IMG/VR virus record: IMGVR_UViG_3300037466_000868
DNA from: an uncultured virus (IMG/VR IMGVR_UViG_3300037466_000868)
Lineage: Duplodnaviria > Heunggongvirae > Uroviricota > Caudoviricetes
DNA: 64,000 nt
Direction: 5' to 3' (one strand)
Positions 18,635 to 28,298 of this stretch are shown one piece after another; within the stretch, counting starts at the first letter, position 1; each line of letters starts with the position of its first letter. The translations under genes and the position numbers were made by a program. The notes beneath the pieces were generated by a model that was not told the origin of the DNA, did not search any database, and was given only the letters and a program-made list of their open reading frames with translations.

Positions 18635-18979
18635 ATGCGCCTAGTAGTGACTGGTGGTCGTGACTATAGCGACACAGCCGGCGCGTTCGCCGCGCTCGAC
18701 GCACTACACGCGCGCCGACCGATAGCCGTCCTTATCCAAGGTGAGGCGCGCGGGCTAGATGCCAGAGCTAAGAACTGGGCATTTAGGCGCGGCACCAAGT
18801 GCGATGGATACAAAGCGGACTGGGATAGATACGACAGGGCGGCTGGCGGTATCCGCAATCAGCAAATGATTGACGAGGGAAAGCCAGATTATGCGTTGGT
18901 GTTTCCCGGCGGGCGAGGGACAGCGGATATGCGCTCAAGGTTGGTCGTGGCAGGTATTCCGTTCGAAGAGGTTAAGTGA
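18635..18979 (+). CDS. SLOG-family (DUF2493/YspA-like) protein
   Basis: VTGGRDY; G.ARG.D; ADW..Y..AAG.IRNQQM; FPGGRGT. Confidence 0.85.
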   Translation: MRLVVTGGRDYSDTAGAFAALDALHARRPIAVLIQGEARGLDARAKNWAFRRGTKCDGYKADWDRYDRAAGGIRNQQMIDEGKPDYALVFPGGRGTADMRSRLVVAGIPFEEVK

Positions 18980-20671
18980 ATGCTGCAGCTTAGGGATTAC
19001 CAACGCGCTGCGCTGGACGCATTATACGACTATTGGGACAAGGACGGAGGGTCGCCACTGCTTGTGCTGCCCACTGGCGCGGGCAAGTCGTTGGTGATTG
19101 CCACGCTGATGCAGGAATTGCTCGCAAACTACCCTGATATGCGCATCTTGAATGTTACGCATGTGCGGGAACTTTTAACGCAAAATTACAAGGAGCTAAT
19201 CGGAATCTGGCCGTTCGCGCCCGCGGGCTTGTTTAGCGCTGGCCTTGGGCAAGCGGATGCACATGCACAGATCATCTTCGGTGGGGTACAGACCATCGCC
19301 AATAAAACCAAGCGCATTGGCCATATCGACTTGGTTTTGGTCGACGAGGCGCACCTCGTCCCCCGCAAATCGGAGACGCAGTACGGCAAGTTGTTTGCCG
19401 GACTACGCGCTATCAATCCGGATATGCGGATTGCGGGTTTGACCGCTACGCCATTCCGACTTGGCGAAGGCATGTTGACGGACGGCGAGGGCGCGATGTT
19501 CGACGACATCGCGTTTGAAAAGCCCGTGGGCGAGCTTATAGACGAGGGTTACCTATGCCGCCCGGTATCGAAGGGAATGGACACAGCCTACGATCTGGAC
19601 GGTGTAGGCAAGGTTGGCGGCGACTACAACCAAGGCAAGCTACAGGCCGCCGTTGACAAGGAAGCGGTGACGCGGTCGGCAATCGACGAGGTTGTGAAGT
19701 ACGGCGCCAGCCGCAAGGCGTGGCTGCTGTTCTGTGCTGGGGTGCAACACGCTTACAATATGCGCGATGAAATCCGTTCGCGCGGCATCTCGTGCGAAAC
19801 CGTTGCAGGCGACACGCCTGCCTCAGAGCGGGACCGCATCCTTGCGGACTTCAAGGCCGGCAAGATACGCGCCGTTACCAACAATAGCGTGCTGACGACA
19901 GGGTTTAATCATCCCGGCGTGGATCTGTTGGCACTTTGCCGGCCGACTCTGTCGACAAGCCTGTACGTGCAAATGATCGGGCGCGGTTTGCGTAATGCAC
20001 CGGGTAAGGAAAACTGCCTTGTGCTGGACTTCGCAGGTTGCGTGCGTAAGCACGGGCCTATTGATTGCGTGCGCGTGAAGGAGCCGGGCAAGGGTGAAGG
20101 CGAGGCGCCAGTCAAGCAATGTCCCGAATGCGAGTCTCTGGTGCATGCGTCGGCTAAGGTATGTCCCGATTGCGGGCATGAGTTTCCGCCGAGCGAAGAA
20201 CCGAAACACGCCGCTCAAGCGGACATTACACCGGTATTAAGCACCGCCCCGCCCGTCTGGCACGCGGTGACGGGACGGACGTTTAGGGAGCACCCACCGA
20301 GGCCTGGCAAGCCGCCGAGCGTGCGCGTCGATTATAGGCTTGGCTTGAATGTGCAGCGTGATTTCCTGTGCCCTGCACATGGTGGCGGGGCGGCTGCGAA
20401 GGCTTGCCGGTACTGGCGGGACCACAAAGGTCGGCTACCCTATCCAAAAACTGTAACTGAATGGCTGGACAGGGCGGAAGAGCTTCACATCACAACAGAG
20501 ATAAGCACCGCACCAAGCAAGTCCAATCCGAAGTACATCAACGTAGTTGGCTGGCGCGCCGGCTCTACGCAAGTTGAGCCAGCCAACGACAATGCACCGC
20601 AGGCCGCCAACGACAATTGGAAGCCGCTGATGGCGGCGGGTGAGAGTTGGGACGAGGAGATACCGTTTTGA
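18980..20671 (+). CDS. SF2 helicase (RadD/YejH-like) with Zn finger
   Basis: LRDYQ; PTGAGKS; DEAH; TAT; QMIGRGLR; CPEC/CPDC. Confidence 0.93.
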   Translation: MLQLRDYQRAALDALYDYWDKDGGSPLLVLPTGAGKSLVIATLMQELLANYPDMRILNVTHVRELLTQNYKELIGIWPFAPAGLFSAGLGQADAHAQIIFGGVQTIANKTKRIGHIDLVLVDEAHLVPRKSETQYGKLFAGLRAINPDMRIAGLTATPFRLGEGMLTDGEGAMFDDIAFEKPVGELIDEGYLCRPVSKGMDTAYDLDGVGKVGGDYNQGKLQAAVDKEAVTRSAIDEVVKYGASRKAWLLFCAGVQHAYNMRDEIRSRGISCETVAGDTPASERDRILADFKAGKIRAVTNNSVLTTGFNHPGVDLLALCRPTLSTSLYVQMIGRGLRNAPGKENCLVLDFAGCVRKHGPIDCVRVKEPGKGEGEAPVKQCPECESLVHASAKVCPDCGHEFPPSEEPKHAAQADITPVLSTAPPVWHAVTGRTFREHPPRPGKPPSVRVDYRLGLNVQRDFLCPAHGGGAAAKACRYWRDHKGRLPYPKTVTEWLDRAEELHITTEISTAPSKSNPKYINVVGWRAGSTQVEPANDNAPQAANDNWKPLMAAGESWDEEIPF

Positions 20672-21648
20672 GCGACGATAATTGCCAACTGATACAAGGC
20701 GACTGCTTAGACGTGCTGCCGACGCTTTCGCCCGGCAGCGTGGATTTGATCCTGTGCGATTTACCGTATGGGACAATGGCGGGCGCGGCACTGGACGGAT
20801 GGAAGGATTCCGACACGTCGTGGGATGTGGCGATCGATCCAGATGTTCTGTTTCCGCAATACGAACGTCTGCTGCGGATGAACGGAGCTTGCATAGTTTT
20901 TAGTCAGGAACCGTACACATCGCGCTTAATCACAGAGGCCCATGGCAACCTGCCTTTTAGCTATCGCATGATGTGGTTTAAGGACCACTTCGCTAACGCC
21001 TTGGTCGCCAAGAAAGCGCCTGTTTCATATTTCGAGGACATCGTGGTGTTCTTTAAGAAGTATGACACTCTGGCCCAGCACCCGCTACGGGCATATTCAC
21101 TGTTGGTTCTTGGCCATTGCGGGGGAAATCTCAAGGCTATAAACGCTAGACTTGGTCACCGACGCGCTGAACATTTCTTCTATGTCGAGTCCACTCAGTT
21201 TGGACTATGCACCGAGGCAACTTACGATCAACTGTGCGCATCCTACGATATCAACATACAGCCGTGGTTCAAACCATACGCCGATCTAGTTGATATCGAC
21301 CGCCGCTTTTGCCGCCGCTTTAACCTGCCACCGGGACAAAAATACGTCTCCAACGTGCTGCAGTTCAAAAAAGACTACGACGGCTTTCATCCCACCCAAA
21401 AGCCCGTCGCATTGATGGAATACCTTATTCGTACCTACACCAACGAAGGCGACACCGTCCTCGACAACTGCATGGGCAGCGGCACCACAGGAGTCGCGGC
21501 CGTTAAAACAGGCCGCCGCTTCATCGGCATCGAGCGCGACGAGAATTACTTCTCCATTGCGCGCAAGCGCATTGGTGAAGCGGTGCCTGCAGCACAGCCC
21601 GTTGCGGCCAACGACAATCTACCCGCTGTGGATCTATTCGCAGCTTAA
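20668..21648 (+). CDS. DNA N6-adenine/N4-cytosine methyltransferase (beta class)
   Basis: DLPY; HPTQKP; NCMGSGTTG. Confidence 0.93.
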   Translation: MSDDNCQLIQGDCLDVLPTLSPGSVDLILCDLPYGTMAGAALDGWKDSDTSWDVAIDPDVLFPQYERLLRMNGACIVFSQEPYTSRLITEAHGNLPFSYRMMWFKDHFANALVAKKAPVSYFEDIVVFFKKYDTLAQHPLRAYSLLVLGHCGGNLKAINARLGHRRAEHFFYVESTQFGLCTEATYDQLCASYDINIQPWFKPYADLVDIDRRFCRRFNLPPGQKYVSNVLQFKKDYDGFHPTQKPVALMEYLIRTYTNEGDTVLDNCMGSGTTGVAAVKTGRRFIGIERDENYFSIARKRIGEAVPAAQPVAANDNLPAVDLFAA

Positions 21649-21719
21649 GCTGTTGCTACGCGCAACAGCCGTGCGCCGAAAGGCGAGGTAAAGCGTGCAA
21701 CTCCCATAGTGGAGCGCAC

Positions 21720-21950
21720 ATGAATAAACAGAGCAGACGCGCCAGCCTGACAGAGGCGGGCGCTAACGTGCTGATAGGCTATTGCGTAGCAATAGCTGCA
21801 CAAGTCGTCATCTTCCCTTTGTTCGGAATCTACATCGGCGCGGGTGAGCATGCCTTGATCGGGCTGCTGTTCACGCTTGTGTCGTTGGCGCGCAGCTACG
21901 TGCTGCGGCGCGTTTTTGAAACTTTGAGGGTGCGGGGGATTTTGGGGTGA
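21720..21950 (+). CDS. Small membrane protein
   Basis: Two hydrophobic helices; RSY.LRR.F; GGAG RBS. Confidence 0.75.
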   Translation: MNKQSRRASLTEAGANVLIGYCVAIAAQVVIFPLFGIYIGAGEHALIGLLFTLVSLARSYVLRRVFETLRVRGILG

Positions 21951-23401
21951 GCAACTATACCAAGCAACAATTCCTAGACGGCAAAGTCACGCTTTATGGT
22001 GGCGACAACCGCGACGTGCTGCGCGATCTGCCGGACAATAGCATTGATAGCATTGTCACGGATCCTCCGTATGCTCTTGTGAGCATCGTAAAGCGGTTTG
22101 GCGGCGCTCAAGCCAAACCAACTAAGGACGGCGACGTTTATTCGCGCGCTTCCAGCGGCTTCATGGGCAAGCAATGGGATACAGGCGAGGTAGCGTTTAG
22201 CGAGGTGTTCTGGGCCGAGTGCCTGCGCGTCCTTAAGCCCGGCGGCCACGTTGCGGCGTTCAGTGGAACGCGCACCTATCACCGCATGGCGTGTGCAATC
22301 GAGGACGCGGGCTTTGAAATTCGCGACCAGTTGGCTTGGTGCTACGGCAGCGGATTTCCGAAAAGTCATAACGTAGGAAAGGCTATCGACAAGCATCTAG
22401 GTGCCGAGCGCGATAAGGTGCGCGTTGACAATCCGCGCATTGCTAACATGCCTACCGCTAACACTGGCGCTGGTCGCCCGTGGCTGGATGCGGCGTTAGA
22501 GCGCGGCTATCACGAGAAGGCTGGCGACGAACCCGCCACTCCGCAGCCTGCGGAGTGGCGGGGCTGGGGCACCGCGCTCAAGCCAAGCTGGGAGCCAATC
22601 TGTCTCGCGCGCAAACCGCTTATCGGTACCGTAGCGCAGAACGTGCTGGAGCATGGCACGGGGGCGCTGAATATTGACGCAACGAGAGTTGGCGACGATG
22701 GAGGGACCGCCACTGTCGCTGGTGACCGTTACAACACCACAGTGCATGCATTTGGCGGCGGCCTTGGCGCTCAAGGTGGCTATATTGCGCAACTCGATAA
22801 GGGCCGCTGGCCCGCCAACATCGTGCACGATGGTAGCGAAGAGGTCGTGGCGTGTTTTCCGTCCGAAAGCGGCGGGGCCAAAATCGCAAAGGCAGGCAGC
22901 GCTAGTGGCGGCATATGGGGCGCGTCTACCGGCAAGCCGGCCGGGACGACCTATGCTGACTCCGGATCAGCCGCCCGTTTCTTCTACACCGCAAAAGCCG
23001 ACAAGCAAGACCGCATGGGCAGCAAGCACCCAACGGTTAAGCCAGTCGACTTGATGCAGTGGCTCTGCCGGTTGATTACGCGGCCAGGAGGCACGGTGCT
23101 CGATCCTTTCGCTGGCAGCGGCAGTACCGGAGAGGCAGCTTGGCGCGAAGGCTTTAGCGCCATCCTTTGCGAGCGCGAGGAAGAATATCAGACCGACATC
23201 GCCGAGCGCCTGCGGCTAGCAAGCGCCGGGCCGATGGAGCGTAAAGCGCGGGCAATTAAGCAGGTTGATACACTAGGGCCGTTGTTTGGCGACAACGACA
23301 ATACTCCGGCTGGGGGGGGGCAGACAGATATACGGAAAGTTCGCGGATCAATCGCCGGACTATCGGGCCAGTCGGACTCAAGTGGTGAAGCGGTAGCATG
23401 A
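21947..23401 (+). CDS. Second DNA N6/N4 methyltransferase (beta class)
   Basis: DPPY; HPTVKP; DPFAGSGST. Confidence 0.93.
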   Translation: MSNYTKQQFLDGKVTLYGGDNRDVLRDLPDNSIDSIVTDPPYALVSIVKRFGGAQAKPTKDGDVYSRASSGFMGKQWDTGEVAFSEVFWAECLRVLKPGGHVAAFSGTRTYHRMACAIEDAGFEIRDQLAWCYGSGFPKSHNVGKAIDKHLGAERDKVRVDNPRIANMPTANTGAGRPWLDAALERGYHEKAGDEPATPQPAEWRGWGTALKPSWEPICLARKPLIGTVAQNVLEHGTGALNIDATRVGDDGGTATVAGDRYNTTVHAFGGGLGAQGGYIAQLDKGRWPANIVHDGSEEVVACFPSESGGAKIAKAGSASGGIWGASTGKPAGTTYADSGSAARFFYTAKADKQDRMGSKHPTVKPVDLMQWLCRLITRPGGTVLDPFAGSGSTGEAAWREGFSAILCEREEEYQTDIAERLRLASAGPMERKARAIKQVDTLGPLFGDNDNTPAGGGQTDIRKVRGSIAGLSGQSDSSGEAVA

Positions 23402-23769
23402 CAATCCTCGCCAATGAACTTGTCGGCACCTGCTTCATCTGCAAACGCCGGCATGACAATCTCGGGTACAGCCCTGACGAACGCAGATCGCCAATCAAAT
23501 GGCTCTGCTTGGAATGTCTCGACGACACGCACAACGGTGTCAGATCCAAACTACCAAAGGTCTACCACATGCCTAAACGACAACTGGACGACTACGAGCG
23601 CCGCGCGCTTGAGGATGGCGGGAATGCGGGCGGCTCGTACTTAGACGAGTTGGGTAAGACGGATTTGGCAGAACTGGAGCCCGACGAATGGGCCGCGTTT
23701 CTTAGCCGTGTGCTGACCGGCTACGCCGACAGCATGCGGGAGATGGTGAGCAGGGAGGTGCCTTTCTGA
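23398..23769 (+). CDS. Primase-associated hypothetical protein (DUF6511-like)
   Basis: CxxC pairs; G..YL..LGKTDLA.L...EW; C-terminal VPF. Confidence 0.7.
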   Translation: MTILANELVGTCFICKRRHDNLGYSPDERRSPIKWLCLECLDDTHNGVRSKLPKVYHMPKRQLDDYERRALEDGGNAGGSYLDELGKTDLAELEPDEWAAFLSRVLTGYADSMREMVSREVPF

Positions 23770-23990
23770 TGACAACCACCACCCACCAGTTGCCCGCTGC
23801 TGCGCGTAGCGCAACAGTTGGCAACCATATGGAGCAGACTGTTGCCGACCTTATTACCAAGGCAAGCGGGGCATATTGCAGCCCTACCAGTGCAGCGTGG
23901 TTTATCGCCAGCCTCCGCGCCAACGGCTACGTCATCAAGCGCGCTGTGCCGCCGTGCAGGGGGTATGAGGTGGATTGTAACAAAACGTGA
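23769..23990 (+). CDS. Hypothetical protein
   Basis: TGATG coupling. Confidence 0.5.
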   Translation: MTTTTHQLPAAARSATVGNHMEQTVADLITKASGAYCSPTSAAWFIASLRANGYVIKRAVPPCRGYEVDCNKT

Positions 23991-23993
23991 GGA

Positions 23994-24031
23994 TAGGACG
24001 TATTGACCTATAGGACGGAATGACCTATATT
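23994..24031 (+). promoter_or_regulatory. Promoter overlapped by tandem 17-bp operator-like repeats
   Basis: TAGGACG-NNN-TGACCTA twice; TTGACC-N17-TATATT. Confidence 0.75.
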
Positions 24032-24056
24032 GGCTTCATCAACAAAGGAGCCGAGC

Positions 24057-24296
24057 ATGAACGTCGACACAGCCAAGACAATCGCCGAGCAAATGGGTTT
24101 CATTGTCACCCAAAAGACAGAGCATGATATTTTCGAGCGAATGGACGTGGAGGTTTATAAGATTGACCGCATCGGGCCGCCCGCCATGTTGAAGCATTAC
24201 GTGCCGTCGCCGTTTAACGACCGCCTTGTTTCTGGTCCTAGTTTGGCGTTGGTCGAGTGGGTTGGGCGTCTTTGTGAACACAGCGCAGCCGCATGA
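24057..24296 (+). CDS. Hypothetical protein
   Basis: AAGGAG RBS directly after the promoter. Confidence 0.7.
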   Translation: MNVDTAKTIAEQMGFIVTQKTEHDIFERMDVEVYKIDRIGPPAMLKHYVPSPFNDRLVSGPSLALVEWVGRLCEHSAAA

Positions 24297-24496
24297 CACC
24301 AGCCCAATTCCAGACAGCAATTAACCGCCTTGGGCTGTCTCAGGTCAGGGCGGCAAAGCTGTTTGGCTTTGAACCTCGCAGCGCCCGAAGGTGGGCCGCA
24401 AGCGATAGCGCAGTCCCCGAACCGGTAGCCATCCTTTTGCGGTTGCTGTTGGCGGGCAAGATTACGATTGAGGATGTAGAGAAGTTTAGAAGGTGA
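24293..24496 (+). CDS. XRE-family HTH protein
   Basis: LGLSQVRAAKLFG...RSARRW. Confidence 0.85.
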   Translation: MTPAQFQTAINRLGLSQVRAAKLFGFEPRSARRWAASDSAVPEPVAILLRLLLAGKITIEDVEKFRR

Positions 24497-24498
24497 CT

Positions 24499-25008
24499 AT
24501 GCAATATAACATCAAGGCTATTCCCACGACATACGCTGGCGTGAATTTCCGGAGCCGTCTTGAGGCGCGCTGGGCTGCGTTCTTCGACCTATGTGGGTGG
24601 AAGTGGGAATACGAACCGTTCGATCTTGAAGGATGGGCGCCGGATTTTCTTCTGAAGTCGCCGTGTTGCGATGTGCTGGCAGAAGTGAAGCATATCGATC
24701 TTGACGAGGTTCTTTACAAAACAGGAGACACTTTCAAAAAGGCCGAAAGGTATTGGACCAAGTATCAGGTAATGCTGCTTGGAGGGAAACCGACGTTGCG
24801 GACGCAGGGTATCGGACGCGTTATGGACCCACCGAGACATGCGAAATACGAATGGATAGACGTCTATAATTATTTCACTGTTGCCGGAGCGGAAGAGAGG
24901 TGGGTGGAGGCCGGCAATACCACTCAGTGGATTGCACCAGAAGCAAAGGAATTGAGTGTCCGCGAGATGATTGAGAACGGCTTGCGTCGGGCGAGGAGCG
25001 CCGCATGA
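24499..25008 (+). CDS. PD-(D/E)XK nuclease-like protein
   Basis: FRSRLEARWA.FFD; YEP; PDF; EVK. Confidence 0.8.
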   Translation: MQYNIKAIPTTYAGVNFRSRLEARWAAFFDLCGWKWEYEPFDLEGWAPDFLLKSPCCDVLAEVKHIDLDEVLYKTGDTFKKAERYWTKYQVMLLGGKPTLRTQGIGRVMDPPRHAKYEWIDVYNYFTVAGAEERWVEAGNTTQWIAPEAKELSVREMIENGLRRARSAA

Positions 25009-27353
25009 AATCCCCCTACGCCCAACTCGGCGCCCGTCTTGTCGACAACGGTTACTCCGCGGTGCCGTGCCAGCCTGGCACGAAGGTGCCTGGCCTGCAT
25101 ACGTTCGGCGAGTGGTGGCCACTGACCCGCTGGGACAACTACTGCGATCGGCTACCTACGCATCACGAAACCGGCGTTTGGGAGAAATGGCCCGATGCCG
25201 GCGTGTGCGTCGTACTGGACCACACTATCAAGGTTATAGACATCGATACCGACGACATGGCGTTGCGTGACGCCATCTTGGCGGCAATTCCGCAGTCGCC
25301 AGTAGCAAAGCGCGGCAAGAAGGGCATGTCACTTTTCTACCGCGGCTCTGCGGCCATTGAGGCGCGCTCTTTTAACGTACCCGGCCACGGACGCGTTATC
25401 GACCTGCTGGCGCATGGCAAGCAGACAGTTATCCCACCGACGCTGCATCCAGAAACCAAGCAGCCATATGCATGGCTTGATGCGGATGAGACGTTGGAAA
25501 CCACGCCGCCAGACAAGCTGCCCGAACTGCCGGATGATATTGTCGCCACGCTAGAGACGGTTCTGTCCGAGTTTGGCTACCAGCAGCCAGTGGCCCGCGA
25601 CCCGGTGCAGGGCGATGCCGACACCGCATGGCGCGAGGTGAACAACCTTGCGCTTGCTCGGCTCGACCAGTGGGTGCCTCACCTTGGCTTGCCGCGGCTT
25701 AAACGCAGCGGCCATGGTTATCGTGCTGTCGCGATTTATCGCCCGTCAGGAAGCGGTAAGCCGACGCACAAGCGCAACCTGCATTTGGCGATACACCAAG
25801 ACGGTATTGTAGATTGGGGCGATAACGACACACGCTACACGCCTATTAGCCTTGTGATGAACGTTCTGCCGTGTGCGTTCCCGGAGGCGTTCGATTGGCT
25901 GCGGGATAAGTTGGGTCTGATGGCCCGACCCATGTCTCCTGAAAGCATTCAGTCCATCATCAAAAATGGATACGCTAAGCATGGTTTGCGGGTCGTGACA
26001 CAAGAGCAGGCCGTAACTCACGCGGACGCGTTGCCTCCCGCACCAGAACCAACCGACGCGGGACTGTCTGCGGATCTGACACACGTTCCGGGCCTGGTTG
26101 GTGACGTCACCAAGTGGATTCTGGACACCGCGCGCAATCCGTCGCCAACCTTGGCGCTTGGGTCGGCGTTGGCGTTTGTCGGTGCTTTGGCCGGGCGTCG
26201 GTACGAAGGCCCCACCGGCCTACGCACCAATATATATGTTGTTGGTCTGGCAGGATCTGGGTTCGGTAAGGACCATGCGCGGGCAGCGGTGAAGGCGCTC
26301 GCGGCCAAAGCCAACGTGATCGGCAAGTTCTTTGGCGGGGAGCAGATCATGTCCAGCTCGGCATTACGCAACCGCGTGAAAAAAAACCCGTCGCTGGTCT
26401 ACATGATCGACGAGTTCGGCGGTTTTCTACGCAAGATCACCAACGCGCGTGCTGGCAACCACGAGAAGGAAATCGCGGACGACTTGCTGAAATTCACCGG
26501 ATCGGCTGCTTCCATCTTCATGGGCGCGGACTATGCCGACAAGCTGGCGGAGCCGATATTCAACCCGAATGTTTGCCTATACGGAACCAGCACGCCAGAG
26601 ACGTTCTGGAAGTCGCTGGGCAGCACCAATATCGCAGACGGGTTTCTGCCGCGGTTTGTGGTTCTCGATGCTGGCCCCGAGAGACCGAAGCCGCGCGACC
26701 CGGCCAAACGTACAGACGCCCCGCCCAAAGCGTTATTGGACGGCGTGCAGGCCGTTGTGGTGCACAAGAATGGCGGCAAGCTGAACGGCATGACAGCGGA
26801 CGGCACGACATCCTGCGTGCCGCTACAGTGCCCTTATGGGTCAGGCGCCAAGGTTGTCTTTGACGACTTCGCCAACGAGATGTTCGCGCGGATGGACTCT
26901 GCCGCGGCGGAGTGCGAGCCGATCTACGCTCGTGTGGCGGAGAACGCTGGCAGGTTGGCACTTATCGTGGCGGTTGGATGTAATCCGGAGGCGCCCGTAA
27001 TTACCTCTGACATCATGCGGTGGGCATGCGCCGTGGCGCTGGCGAGTGCTGAGATGTTGATGGCCCAGGCCGAGGACCGCGTGGCCGACAACGACCGCCA
27101 GGCCGAGTACAAGAGGGTGAGGGCGATCGTAGCGGAAGCGGGTCGCAAGGGGACCACCAAAAATGAGATCGCGCGGCGGTTAAAAGGCGTCATGGACAAG
27201 CGCCGCATGGACGACATTGTCGACTTGCTTGCAATGGCTGGTGAGGTGGTAGAGGCGAAGATCACGGGGGCGAAGGGCGGTCGTCCGGCCTTCAAGATAT
27301 GGACGGCCGGACTAGAGCCTGCGCCAGAACCGGAGAAAAAAGAGGCGGCATAA
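25005..27353 (+). CDS. Bifunctional primase/polymerase fused to DUF3987 ATPase domain
   Basis: IDID; V.PP..HP; GSGFGK; IDEFG; DGFLPRF. Confidence 0.88.
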   Translation: MKSPYAQLGARLVDNGYSAVPCQPGTKVPGLHTFGEWWPLTRWDNYCDRLPTHHETGVWEKWPDAGVCVVLDHTIKVIDIDTDDMALRDAILAAIPQSPVAKRGKKGMSLFYRGSAAIEARSFNVPGHGRVIDLLAHGKQTVIPPTLHPETKQPYAWLDADETLETTPPDKLPELPDDIVATLETVLSEFGYQQPVARDPVQGDADTAWREVNNLALARLDQWVPHLGLPRLKRSGHGYRAVAIYRPSGSGKPTHKRNLHLAIHQDGIVDWGDNDTRYTPISLVMNVLPCAFPEAFDWLRDKLGLMARPMSPESIQSIIKNGYAKHGLRVVTQEQAVTHADALPPAPEPTDAGLSADLTHVPGLVGDVTKWILDTARNPSPTLALGSALAFVGALAGRRYEGPTGLRTNIYVVGLAGSGFGKDHARAAVKALAAKANVIGKFFGGEQIMSSSALRNRVKKNPSLVYMIDEFGGFLRKITNARAGNHEKEIADDLLKFTGSAASIFMGADYADKLAEPIFNPNVCLYGTSTPETFWKSLGSTNIADGFLPRFVVLDAGPERPKPRDPAKRTDAPPKALLDGVQAVVVHKNGGKLNGMTADGTTSCVPLQCPYGSGAKVVFDDFANEMFARMDSAAAECEPIYARVAENAGRLALIVAVGCNPEAPVITSDIMRWACAVALASAEMLMAQAEDRVADNDRQAEYKRVRAIVAEAGRKGTTKNEIARRLKGVMDKRRMDDIVDLLAMAGEVVEAKITGAKGGRPAFKIWTAGLEPAPEPEKKEAA

Positions 27354-27360
27354 ACTACGG

Positions 27361-27389
27361 AACCCGGCCACAGAGCCGGGTTTTTCTTT
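27361..27389 (+). terminator. Rho-independent terminator
   Basis: AACCCGGC-N6-GCCGGGTT followed by T run. Confidence 0.9.
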
Positions 27390-27399
27390 GCCAGGTTAG

Positions 27400-27630
27400 C
27401 GCTGAGGTTTTGGGGTTAAGGCGGATAGATTGGGGAGGTTAAGGCGGATGAATTGTGGCAACTTTGTGAAACCTATTTTGTGATTCCCTATATATATCAA
27501 TATTATAGTAGGTTTTAGGTTTTCTATGTGTTGGTGGGTACCCCCCCCTATTTGGGGTGTGATTCAGGGGGTACCCTATATAAAGAGTCAAAACCCAAAA
27601 CCTGTTTGGGCCGAATTTGCCAACCGGAAC
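27400..27630. other. Putative replication origin region
   Basis: AT-rich tract; GGTTTT repeats facing AAAACC repeats; GGTACCCCC...GGGGGTACC inverted repeat; directly after primase. Confidence 0.5.
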
Positions 27631-27819
27631 CTACCGCCGCCGCCCCTTCCGCTCGGCGTCAAGGCCAGCCTCCACCAGGCGGCGGATGGCTTCGGACAGG
27701 TTGGGGAGGTCGGCCTGCTTGCGGCGCCAATCGTCCACCCGCTGCACCCAACTTTCAGGCGCAACGATGTTGAGGCGGCGGGGCGTCGCGTCGGGATCTG
27801 GGTCGAGGCGGGCGGGCAA
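27631..27819 (-). CDS. Ribbon-helix-helix DNA-binding protein
   Basis: VDDWRRKQ.DLP..SEAIRRLVE.GL. Confidence 0.8.
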   Translation of the reverse strand: MPARLDPDPDATPRRLNIVAPESWVQRVDDWRRKQADLPNLSEAIRRLVEAGLDAERKGRRR

Positions 27820-27938
27820 GGGCGGTCCTTTGGCGGGCGGGCGATTCGTAAAATTCTTTTAGCACGGCCCTTGCGGTTATGGGAATCATCTGTATAATAC
27901 AGATTATAGGTTGATGTATGGAACTGGAGACGACGCGA

Positions 27939-28148
27939 ATGGAACACCTCGACGCCCTTGAACTTCGGCTTTCCCATGAGCGCGGTTATCTTGCCGCGGC
28001 TAAAACCACCCAAGAGCGGGAATTGCGCGCGGTCTGGATTGCGCAGATCGAGAGGGAAATCTCCTGCGAGCGCACCCGCCTTGGAATGCCCGGCCCATCC
28101 ACTTGCAACCTTAGCGACGACGAACTTCTGGATGAATTGTTCGCCTAG
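27939..28148 (+). CDS. Small hypothetical protein with its own promoter and terminator
   Basis: TTGCGG...TATAAT (27871-27898); GGAG RBS; hairpins 28157-28231. Confidence 0.7.
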   Translation: MEHLDALELRLSHERGYLAAAKTTQERELRAVWIAQIEREISCERTRLGMPGPSTCNLSDDELLDELFA

Positions 28149-28298
28149 CCGTAACCCAACCCCGCCTCGTTAGTGGCGGGTTCCATCTTTGCTCTACAGC
28201 GCCGCCGGTATGCCCACCGCGCGGCGTTTTTGCTGTGCGCCCGCCACCCGCCAATTTATTTTTATATCTCCCGCGACCAGCCCTCTTACTTGGGCGAC

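Noticed and set aside
21625..21640. DLF as a beta-clamp binding motif
   Set aside because: Lacks the Gln of QL[S/D]LF and overlaps the ssrA-like tag; too weak to call
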